From the NCBI GenBank assembly GCA_963742735.1, contig CAVUMN010000004.1, forward strand, positions 1,312,001 through 1,376,000: a stretch of DNA of 64,000 bases. The letters run 5' to 3'. Of this stretch, positions 9,502 through 17,656 are shown one piece after another. Position 1 is the first letter of the stretch. Each line of letters opens with the position of its first letter. The position numbers were made by a program, and so were the translations under genes. The DNA is from an uncultured Actinomycetes bacterium. GTDB taxonomy: Bacteria; Actinomycetota; UBA4738; JBBDTT01. Below the pieces are notes generated by a model. The model ran no database searches and was not told the origin of the DNA. It saw only the letters and a list, made by a program, of their open reading frames with translations.

Positions 9502-10296
9502 TCAGTAGTCCGCGATCGCGCCGGTGCGCATCGCCCGGCGGATCGACCAGGCGAGTGCCCCCACGCCCATCCCGGCGAAGGCGACGGCCAGCCCGGCGAG
9601 CGCCGCGACGTCGCCGAGGGACGCGCCCCAGCCGTCGCCCCGGAGGAGGCCGGCCCGCACCAGCCGCAGCGAGTGGGTGAACGGCGAGAGCTCCGAGAGC
9701 GACTCCGCCCAGTTCGGGAGCAGGCTCGCAGGGAACAGGGAGCCGGCGGTGACGGTGAGCAGGCTGACCAGGAACGCGGCGGCGGCCTGCGCCTGCCGGA
9801 ACAGGATCACCAGCGCAGCGGCGACCAGCCCCAGTCCCGCGAACGCGATCGCTCCGGCGACGACCCCGTAGAGGGCGAGGCTCCAGTTGCCCCCGGGCGC
9901 TCGCGCGCCCAGCAGCGCCGCCACGCCGACGTAGAGCGCGGAGCGGCCGGCGGCGTACGCCATCGGGTACGCCGCCATCCCCGCGGCGACGGCTCGGGCC
10001 GGGAGGCCCACCGACAGCGTGGCCTCCAGGGTTCCCTGGACCTGCTCCTGCCGGAAGTTCGCGGACAGGATCGAGACGCCCGCCGCCAGGAAGGACGTGA
10101 GGGCGATGCCCGCCGCGGCGAAGGAGAAATAGCCTCCCGGAACCCGCCCCGGGTCAACCAGGCGCCCGACGAAGACGAACGTGATCAGCAGGAACGCGGC
10201 CGACAGCACCTCGCCGGCGATCAGCGGCAGGGGGTAGGACCACGCCACCCGGGCGTCGCGCCTGACGAAGGCGCCCACCGCGGACCGCGGGCTCAT
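9502..10296 (-). CDS. ABC-2 type exporter permease
   Basis: About 6 TM segments, EQVQGTLE, LFPASLLPNW...LSPFTH motifs; ATGA overlap with the ATPase gene. Confidence 0.88.
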   Translation of the reverse strand: MSPRSAVGAFVRRDARVAWSYPLPLIAGEVLSAAFLLITFVFVGRLVDPGRVPGGYFSFAAAGIALTSFLAAGVSILSANFRQEQVQGTLEATLSVGLPARAVAAGMAAYPMAYAAGRSALYVGVAALLGARAPGGNWSLALYGVVAGAIAFAGLGLVAAALVILFRQAQAAAAFLVSLLTVTAGSLFPASLLPNWAESLSELSPFTHSLRLVRAGLLRGDGWGASLGDVAALAGLAVAFAGMGVGALAWSIRRAMRTGAIADY

Positions 10297-10931
10297 GCCG
10301 GCTCCACGGCGGGCTGCAGCTCCAGCCGGACGTCCGGCTCGGGACCCTCCGCCTCGAGCGGCGCCGCGTACAGCACCACGCCTCCGCCGGACGTCCACGC
10401 CCGGCAGGCCGCCTCGACCGCCGCGCAGCCCGGCCGGTCGAGGTCCGCGTACGGCTCGTCGATCAGGACGACCGGGGGCCGGCCGACGAGGGCCCGGGCG
10501 ATGGCCACCCGTCGCCGCTGGCCCGTCGAGCAGACGCCCATGCGTCGTTCGAGCAGCGGTTCGGCGTCCAGGGCCTTGGCGGCCCAGGCCACGTCCGTGC
10601 CGCCCGCGCCCGAGATCCCGGCGAAGAACTCCAGGTTCGCCCGCCCCGTGAGCCGCCAGTACAGGCCTCGGTCGCCCGCCGGGACGAAGCCGCTCCGCCC
10701 CCGCCCGGGCGGGGCGCCGGCCACCTCGACCCGGCCCGCGTCGGGCAGCAGGACCCCCGCGAGCACCCGTAGCAGCGTGGTCTTGCCCGATCCGTTGGGG
10801 CCCACGAGGGCCGCCAGCGTGCCCGCCTCGAGCCTCACGGAGACGTCGTCCAGGACTCGCCGGGCGCCGAAGCTCCGGGTGACGCCCTCGGCCTCGAGGG
10901 AGCCGGGCGAGGCGGGGCCGGGCCGGTCCAT
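10293..10931 (-). CDS. ABC transporter ATP-binding protein
   Basis: GPNGSGKTT Walker A, CSTGQRRR signature variant, VLIDEP Walker B. C-terminal part of the long 10293-13445 ORF. Confidence 0.9.
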   Translation of the reverse strand: MDRPGPASPGSLEAEGVTRSFGARRVLDDVSVRLEAGTLAALVGPNGSGKTTLLRVLAGVLLPDAGRVEVAGAPPGRGRSGFVPAGDRGLYWRLTGRANLEFFAGISGAGGTDVAWAAKALDAEPLLERRMGVCSTGQRRRVAIARALVGRPPVVLIDEPYADLDRPGCAAVEAACRAWTSGGGVVLYAAPLEAEGPEPDVRLELQPAVEPA

Positions 10932-10937
10932 GCGCCG

Positions 10938-10949
10938 GATTCTAGAATC
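10938..10949. promoter_or_regulatory. Palindromic bidirectional -10 element between ABC ATPase and pcrA
   Basis: GATTCTAGAATC reads TAGAAT on both strands, 7 and 10 nt from the divergent start codons. Confidence 0.6.
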
Positions 10950-10958
10950 GCCGTACCC

Positions 10959-13133
10959 GTGACTCCCGAATCCCCCCTCCTGTCGACCCTCAACCCGGTG
11001 CAGCGCGAGGCCGTGCTGCACGCGGACGGCCCCGTGCTGATCGTGGCCGGGGCGGGCAGCGGCAAGACCCGGATCCTCACCCACCGGATGGCCTACCTGA
11101 TCCGAGAGATGGGCGTGTCCCCGTACGCCATCCTGGCGATCACGTTCACCAACCGGGCCGCCAACGAGATGGCCGAGCGGGTCGAGGCCCTCCTGGGGGA
11201 GCGCGTCGCCAAGGGCATGTGGGTGCTGACGTTCCACTCGTCGTGTGTGCGGATCCTCCGCCGCGAGCACAAGCGCCTCGGTCTGCCGGCGTCCTTCTCG
11301 ATCTACGATGAATCCGACACGCAGCGGGTCGTCTCGATGTGCCTCAAGGAGGCGAACCTGGACGTCAAGAAGTTCCCGCCCCGGGGCGTCGCCGCGGTGA
11401 TCGGCAAAGCCAAGGACCACCTGATCAGCCCCGAGGAGTTCGCCGACCAGGCCTCCAACTGGTACGAGCGCTCGGTGGCCGACGTCTACCGCGCCTACCA
11501 GCGGCGGCTCCAGGCGGCCGGCGCGCTGGACTTCGACGACATCATCGTGCGCACCGTGAACCTGTTCCGCTCCCAGCCCGAGGTCCTGGAGCACTACCAG
11601 GAGCGGTTCACCCACATCCTGATCGACGAGTACCAGGACACGAACCGCGCGCAGTATCACCTGGTGAACCTGCTGGCCTCCAAGCACCGCAACCTGTGCG
11701 TGGTCGGCGACGCCGACCAGGGCGTGTACTCCTGGCGCGGGGCGACGATCCAGAACCTCCTCGAGTTCGAGAAGGACTACCCGGACGCGGCCGTGTTCGT
11801 CCTGGAGCAGAACTACCGCTCGACGCAGAACATCCTCTCGGTCGCGAACGCGCTCATCGAGCACAACCTGGAGCGCAAGCCGAAGTCGCTGTGGACCGAG
11901 GCTCCGGGTGGGGAGATGGTCGTGCGGGTTCGCGCCAACGACGAGCACGACGAGGCCTGGTTCGTGGCCGAGGAGATCACGCGACTGACCGACGAGGGGC
12001 CGTACCGGTACGGGGACGTGGCGGTGTTCTACCGGACCAACGCCCAGTCGCGGGTCCTGGAGGACGTCCTGTCGCGGGCGGGCCTGCCGTACCGGGTGGT
12101 CGGGGGCGTGCGCTTCTACGAGCGCCGGGAGGTCAAGGACCTCATCGCGTACCTCCGCCTGCTGGTGAACCCGGCGGACGTGGTCTCGGCCCGGCGCGTG
12201 GTGGGCGTGCCGAAACGGGGGATCGGCGAGGCGACCGTGGCGGCGCTGGAGGGCTTCGCCCGCGACGAGGAGATCACGTTCCTGGAGGCGGCCCGCCGCG
12301 TGGAGGAGATCGACGTCCTCGGGTCGAGGGCCAGAGGCGCCGTCGCCGGCTTCGTTCGCCTCATCGACAGCCTGCGGGCCATGGCCGAGGACGGGACCTC
12401 GGTCTCCGGCCTGGTCGAGGCGGCGTTCACCGAGTCTGGGTACATGGCCGAGCTCGAGGCGGAGCGGACCGTGGAGGCCGAGGGACGCGTGGAGAACCTG
12501 AAGGAGCTCGTCGGCGTCGCCGCGGAGTTCGAGGCCCGGTCCGAGGAGGCCGGGCTCGCCGACTTCCTGGAGCAGATCGCGCTGGTGACCGACCAGGACG
12601 AGTACGAGGACGCCGAGTCGACGGTGACGCTGATGACGCTGCATACCGCCAAGGGCCTGGAGTTCCCGGCGGTGTTCGTCGTGGGCATGGAGGACGGGGT
12701 GTTCCCGCACTACCGCTCGATGGGCGACCCGTCCCAGCTCGAGGAGGAGCGGCGGCTGGCGTACGTGGGCATCACCCGCGCCCGGGAGCGCCTGTACCTG
12801 ACGCACGCGTGGAGCCGGAACCTGTGGGGCGGCTCGTCGTTCAACCCGCCCTCGCGCTTCCTGGGCGAGATTCCCGAGGCGTTCGTGAAGCTCCACCAGG
12901 TCGAGGGGACCTCGGAGGGCGCCGGGGCGGGCAACGGCGCCGGCCGTTCGGGCATCCAGCAGCGCGCGGTGCCCACCCTGGTCGCCGGCGACACCGTCAT
13001 CCACGACCGCTGGGGGCCGGGGGTGGTGGTCGAGGTGTTCGGGGCGGGACAGCGCGCCGAGGCGAAGATCGCGTTCGAGGACCAGGGCGAGAAGCGGCTG
13101 CTCCTCGCCTATGCGCCCATCCGGAAGGCATAG
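10959..13133 (+). CDS. pcrA: ATP-dependent DNA helicase PcrA/UvrD1
   Basis: AGAGSGKT, ITFTNRAA, IDEYQDTN, VVGDADQ, LEQNYRST, MTLHTAKGLEFP, EEERRLAYVGITRA, C-terminal Tudor-like domain. Confidence 0.97.
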   Translation: MTPESPLLSTLNPVQREAVLHADGPVLIVAGAGSGKTRILTHRMAYLIREMGVSPYAILAITFTNRAANEMAERVEALLGERVAKGMWVLTFHSSCVRILRREHKRLGLPASFSIYDESDTQRVVSMCLKEANLDVKKFPPRGVAAVIGKAKDHLISPEEFADQASNWYERSVADVYRAYQRRLQAAGALDFDDIIVRTVNLFRSQPEVLEHYQERFTHILIDEYQDTNRAQYHLVNLLASKHRNLCVVGDADQGVYSWRGATIQNLLEFEKDYPDAAVFVLEQNYRSTQNILSVANALIEHNLERKPKSLWTEAPGGEMVVRVRANDEHDEAWFVAEEITRLTDEGPYRYGDVAVFYRTNAQSRVLEDVLSRAGLPYRVVGGVRFYERREVKDLIAYLRLLVNPADVVSARRVVGVPKRGIGEATVAALEGFARDEEITFLEAARRVEEIDVLGSRARGAVAGFVRLIDSLRAMAEDGTSVSGLVEAAFTESGYMAELEAERTVEAEGRVENLKELVGVAAEFEARSEEAGLADFLEQIALVTDQDEYEDAESTVTLMTLHTAKGLEFPAVFVVGMEDGVFPHYRSMGDPSQLEEERRLAYVGITRARERLYLTHAWSRNLWGGSSFNPPSRFLGEIPEAFVKLHQVEGTSEGAGAGNGAGRSGIQQRAVPTLVAGDTVIHDRWGPGVVVEVFGAGQRAEAKIAFEDQGEKRLLLAYAPIRKA

Positions 13134-13140
13134 TGGCGCC

Positions 13141-15108
13141 GTGAGCGTCAACGCCCGCCCACGCGCCCGTACCGGTGGCGCGCTGGACCGCGACCGGCGA
13201 CGGGCCCGGCGCACCGTGCACCCCGGAGCCTTCCGGCGGCGCCGGTGGCCGTGGGTCGTCGGCGGCGGGCTCGCCCTCCTGTTCGGCCTGGTCACGTTCC
13301 AGGCGTACCGGATCGCGCTGTACACGGCGGAGGACCTCCGTTCGGCGGCCCTGGTCCTGAAGGTGGGCCCGGGCTTCCTGGTGGGCGGCACCCCCTTCTC
13401 CGACGACGCGTTCACCCGCGTGGAGACCTCGATCGACAAGGCCATCGAACGCGTGGAGAACGCGAACTGGTCGTTCGACGTGGTCGGGGCGGTGCCGCTG
13501 CTGGGGCGTCCCGTTCACGCCGCCGAGCACCTGGTCCGGGCGGCGGCCATCGAGCTCGACTCGATCAAGCTCGCCCGGAGGACGCTCGCCGACATCACGG
13601 GCGAGGACGGGTCGAGCCCGCTGCTGCGCAACGGCCAGGTGGACCTGGACACCCTCCGCGCCGCCGCGGCCACCCTGGAGAAGATCATGTCCGACCTCGC
13701 GCTGGTGGAGGCCGAGGTCCGGGCCGTGAAGCCGATCCCGTTCGTGGCCGAGACGGCGCGGCTCAAGGCCGAGGCTCTCGCGGAGCTCGCCCGGGTCCGG
13801 GAGAGCGCCGAAGTGATCCGCCGGGCGCTCGCCATCATCCCGAACTTCCTCGGCGACGAGGAGCCGCGGATCTACCTGCTCGCGGTCCTCAACAACGCCG
13901 AGCTGCACGGGGTGGGTGGGGCGTTCCTGTCCTTCGGCGTGGTGAAGGCGCGGTTCGGGCGCCTGGGCCTGGTGGGGGATCCGGGCGACCCCCTCATGCT
14001 CGATCCACGGACCGATCCGGAGCCGGTCCCGGCGCCCGCGGACAACTACTACCTGAACGAGATCTACCCCGTGCACCTGGTGAACGCGCTCAACGGGCCC
14101 GACTTCGCGCAGGGGGCCCGGCTGGCCTCGGATATCGCGGAGGCCAAGTTCGGCCGTCCGCTCGACGGGGTGATCGCCGTGGATGCGGTCGGTCTGTCCT
14201 ACATCCTGCCCGCGGTCGGCCCGATCAAGTTCCCCAAGCCCAAGGTCGTGCTCACGCCGCAGAACTTCGTGAAGTTCTCGACCAACGCGCAGTACCTGCT
14301 GTATCCCTACGACGTCCGCCAGCGGATCCAGAAGGCAACGATCGAGCACGTGTGGGGCCGGATCGGCAGCGCGGCGAATCCCCTCGCGCTGCTCCGGGGC
14401 CTGTCCCGGGGCCTCGAGGAGCGCCGGGTGCTGCTCTGGTCCCGCTTCCCGGAGGAGCAGCGCCTGTTCCGGTCCAAGGACTGGGCGGGGGCGCTGTTCA
14501 AGCCCCACGGCGACTACTTCCTGCTGAACCACCAGAACCTGGGGGTCGACAAGCTCGACTACTACCTGCGGGAGCACGTGCGCTACAGGGTCCGCATCGA
14601 GGAAGACGGCGACCTGGACGTCGAGGCCCAGATCGTGATGCGCAACACCGCGCCGCCGGACCTGCCCAGGCCGGTCGGCAACAACGACGGCTCGAAGATG
14701 CGAACGCTGCTGGGGGCATTCGTCCACGGCCGGGCGGAGTTCGAGGGCCTCGCCGTCCAGGACGACAGCGCCACGGTGCCCGACGGGCCTCGAGCCGAAC
14801 GGGCGACCGTCGGCTACGGCAAGAACCTGTACCTGACGATCGTCAAGATCGACGGGAAGTCGAAGGCGGTGGTCAAGATCCGGTACCGGGTCCCGAACGC
14901 GGTCGTGAACACCGACGCCGGCCGGTTCTACCGCCTGCTGATACAGCACCAGCCGCTGGTGCATCCGGCGACGGTGCGCGTCGAGCTGATCCCGGGTGAG
15001 GGGGTCTCCTTCGGGCAGCTCTCGGCGTTGTGGACGCTCGTCGAGGGCAAGGCCGTGTACGAGGGACCGCTGGAACGGGACCTGGTCCTGGACGTGCCCC
15101 TGCGCTGA
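13141..15108 (+). CDS. DUF4012-like membrane-anchored extracytoplasmic protein
   Basis: N-terminal TM, helical stalk, YLLAVLNNAELHGVGG, PDF, LDGVIAVD, KLDYY, YRLLIQHQP. Confidence 0.75.
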   Translation: MSVNARPRARTGGALDRDRRRARRTVHPGAFRRRRWPWVVGGGLALLFGLVTFQAYRIALYTAEDLRSAALVLKVGPGFLVGGTPFSDDAFTRVETSIDKAIERVENANWSFDVVGAVPLLGRPVHAAEHLVRAAAIELDSIKLARRTLADITGEDGSSPLLRNGQVDLDTLRAAAATLEKIMSDLALVEAEVRAVKPIPFVAETARLKAEALAELARVRESAEVIRRALAIIPNFLGDEEPRIYLLAVLNNAELHGVGGAFLSFGVVKARFGRLGLVGDPGDPLMLDPRTDPEPVPAPADNYYLNEIYPVHLVNALNGPDFAQGARLASDIAEAKFGRPLDGVIAVDAVGLSYILPAVGPIKFPKPKVVLTPQNFVKFSTNAQYLLYPYDVRQRIQKATIEHVWGRIGSAANPLALLRGLSRGLEERRVLLWSRFPEEQRLFRSKDWAGALFKPHGDYFLLNHQNLGVDKLDYYLREHVRYRVRIEEDGDLDVEAQIVMRNTAPPDLPRPVGNNDGSKMRTLLGAFVHGRAEFEGLAVQDDSATVPDGPRAERATVGYGKNLYLTIVKIDGKSKAVVKIRYRVPNAVVNTDAGRFYRLLIQHQPLVHPATVRVELIPGEGVSFGQLSALWTLVEGKAVYEGPLERDLVLDVPLR

Positions 15109-15169
15109 GCGTGAGCCCGGGAACAGGGCGAAACCTCCAAAGCCACAACCGTTCGATAGACTCGCCCGA

Positions 15170-17644
15170 ATGTCGCGCGACTTCCTCCCCGCGCCGGTCG
15201 AGTTCCCGGGGGGTCGCCGCCGCCGAACCAAGCGGCGCCGTCACCGAAGCCACGGAAGCCAGGGCTCCTCCTCCCAGGGCCGTCGTTCCGCGCGCCCCGG
15301 CGGGAGCGGGCCCGCGCGTGCCGACGGGAGCGTGCTCACCGACGAGCTCGACGGCCTCGCCCCCCTCGAGCCCCAGTCGCCCTATCGCCGCCGGCGCAGC
15401 CGGCGCAGCAAGCGAGGCCTCGGCCACCGCTACCGCAAGTGGCGCAGCCGGCGCGAGCGCCGGAAGTACAAGTCGTTCATGGGGGGCCACGCCGAGAGCT
15501 CCCGCGACGTCGCCCGTCGCTACGAGCGGTCGCGATCCCGCCGCAAGCGCCTGGTCATCGGCGGCGTGGCGGCGGTCGTCCTGGGGGCGTTCGGGGTCGC
15601 GGCCGGCGACGCCTACCTCCAGGCCTCGAGCGTCCTGGACAAGGTCCGCGACTCCGGGGAGAGCCTCAAGCAGGTCCGGTCGAACCTGATCCGGGGCAAG
15701 CTCCCGCCGGAGGAGGCGTTCGCGGCCGCCGCCAAGGCGATCGGTGAGGCCCAGGAACAGGTCAACGGGGTGCGGGCCACGTGGCCGGTGGTGCGCGCCG
15801 TGCCGTTCATCGGGCTGCCCGTGTCGGCCACGGAGCGCCTGCTCGAGGCGAGCCGGCACGAGCTGAGCGCCGCCATCGCGGCCAAGGAGCTGCTCGAGGA
15901 CATCCTGGGCCAGACGATCGAGGAGGCCCGGGCCGAGGCCGAGGAGGCGGCGGCCCGGCGCGAGGAGGCCGACGCCGACGGCAGCGGGACCCTGACGCCC
16001 GAGGAGCGCCGCGAGCTGAAGGCGGCCGGCCAGGGCCCGAAGGGCGGCGGCGGGAAGGAGGCGCCCGCCCAGGACGACCCGAACGCGCTGCTGTCCAACG
16101 GCAAGGTGAACCTGGCCCGGATGCGCGAGCTGATCCCCAAGGTCCAGACGCTGGAGACCGAGCTCGCCGCGGCCGAGGCGGCCGTCGAAGCGATCGGGCC
16201 CGTCCCGTTCGTGTCCAAGGTCGAGGAGCTCCGCCAGGACCTGATCGGGGAGATCCAGGAGTCACGTCGCCTGGCCCAGCGAGCCCTCACGGGGCTGAAC
16301 TTCATCCCCGCGTTCCTCGGGTCCGGCGAGCAGAAGAACTACCTGCTGCTGTTCTCGGACAGCGGCTTCCTGCGGGGCACGGGCGGGGCGTACTTCGCGT
16401 ACGCGGAGATCTCCGTGAAGTCCGGGAAGCTCTCACTGGTGAACCAGGGCCCGATCATCGACCTCGACAAGTACGTCAACGAGCCGGTCGACCACGTCGT
16501 CCCGAAGGAGAACTGGTACCTGGAGACCTTCGGGCTCTCCAAGCGGATGAACAACCTCAACTGGGACCCGCACTTCCCGAACACCGCCCCGGTCGCGGCC
16601 GAGATCTACAAGCTCCGCACGGCGGGCAAGGACATCAACGGCGTCGTGAAGCCCGAGGGCCGCCAGGTCGACGGCGTGTTCCAGATCGACATCACCGGCG
16701 TCTCGTATCTGGTCGACGCCATCGGCCCGATCGCGGTGGACTCGTGGCCGGACCCGATCGGCGGCGGCAACCTCGAGCGCGTCGCGCTCATCGACTCCTA
16801 CGTGGAGCTCTCCTCGGGCGCCGCGGCGGACGACGCGTCGGACTCCGGGGCCGCGCGCAAGGCGTTCAACGAGGACCTGGTCGACGCCACGTGGAAGAGC
16901 CTCCAGGAACCCGACGACCTGGTCCGCACCGTGTTCCAGCTCTCCCGCGCCCTGGCCGAGCGCCACATGCAGGTGTGGGTCCGGGCCCCGAAGCAGCAGG
17001 CCTTCTTCGAGGACCTGGGGATGGCCGGGGCGATCAAGGACGAGCCCGGCGACTACGTGTACGCGGTCGACCAGAACCTGGGCGACGACACCCTCGACGT
17101 CTTCACCTCGGAGCGGGTCGACTACGACGTGGTCGTGGACGAGGACGGCAACCTCGACGTGACGACGACCGTGAAGGCCACGAACTTCGTGGACGAGACG
17201 ATGCCGTACCCGATCCTCGACAACAGCGGCCCGCCGGACAAGAAGACCTACGTGAACCTCTACGTCCCGGCCAACGCCGAGCTGAAGTCGGTGAAGTACG
17301 TGAACCGGTTCAAGGAGAGCACGCCGCAGCAGATCGAGCCGCACCTCGAGGCCGGGCGGAAGGTGTTCAGCGCCCAGATGTCGATCAAGCCCCAGGAGAC
17401 CGCCTCCCTGGTGTTCAAGTACCGGGTTCCGGGCGGGCTCCTCGACGAGGATGGGCGGCTGTACCGCCTGCTCGTACAGCGCCAGCCCCGCTACGTGGAC
17501 CAGTCCCTGCGGGTGACGGTGCACTTCCCCGAGGACTGGGGCGCCGAGGGCTACGACGACGAGGTCTGGACGGTCGACGGGAACACGGCCACGGCGTTCG
17601 TCGAGGCCCTCGAGGAGGACGCGGTCTTCGAGCTGCGGTTCTGA
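15170..17644 (+). CDS. Second DUF4012-like protein with Arg-rich N-terminus and EF-hand-like insert
   Basis: YLLLFSDSGFLRGTGG, NWDPHFP, VDGVFQID, YRLLVQRQP; TAGACT 7 nt before ATG 15170. Confidence 0.72.
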   Translation: MSRDFLPAPVEFPGGRRRRTKRRRHRSHGSQGSSSQGRRSARPGGSGPARADGSVLTDELDGLAPLEPQSPYRRRRSRRSKRGLGHRYRKWRSRRERRKYKSFMGGHAESSRDVARRYERSRSRRKRLVIGGVAAVVLGAFGVAAGDAYLQASSVLDKVRDSGESLKQVRSNLIRGKLPPEEAFAAAAKAIGEAQEQVNGVRATWPVVRAVPFIGLPVSATERLLEASRHELSAAIAAKELLEDILGQTIEEARAEAEEAAARREEADADGSGTLTPEERRELKAAGQGPKGGGGKEAPAQDDPNALLSNGKVNLARMRELIPKVQTLETELAAAEAAVEAIGPVPFVSKVEELRQDLIGEIQESRRLAQRALTGLNFIPAFLGSGEQKNYLLLFSDSGFLRGTGGAYFAYAEISVKSGKLSLVNQGPIIDLDKYVNEPVDHVVPKENWYLETFGLSKRMNNLNWDPHFPNTAPVAAEIYKLRTAGKDINGVVKPEGRQVDGVFQIDITGVSYLVDAIGPIAVDSWPDPIGGGNLERVALIDSYVELSSGAAADDASDSGAARKAFNEDLVDATWKSLQEPDDLVRTVFQLSRALAERHMQVWVRAPKQQAFFEDLGMAGAIKDEPGDYVYAVDQNLGDDTLDVFTSERVDYDVVVDEDGNLDVTTTVKATNFVDETMPYPILDNSGPPDKKTYVNLYVPANAELKSVKYVNRFKESTPQQIEPHLEAGRKVFSAQMSIKPQETASLVFKYRVPGGLLDEDGRLYRLLVQRQPRYVDQSLRVTVHFPEDWGAEGYDDEVWTVDGNTATAFVEALEEDAVFELRF

Positions 17645-17656
17645 GCCGCCGGGCGA

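Noticed and set aside
4780-10958. Integrative element at the guaA 3' end
   Set aside because: No integrase, transposase or direct repeat of the guaA end could be found by eye.
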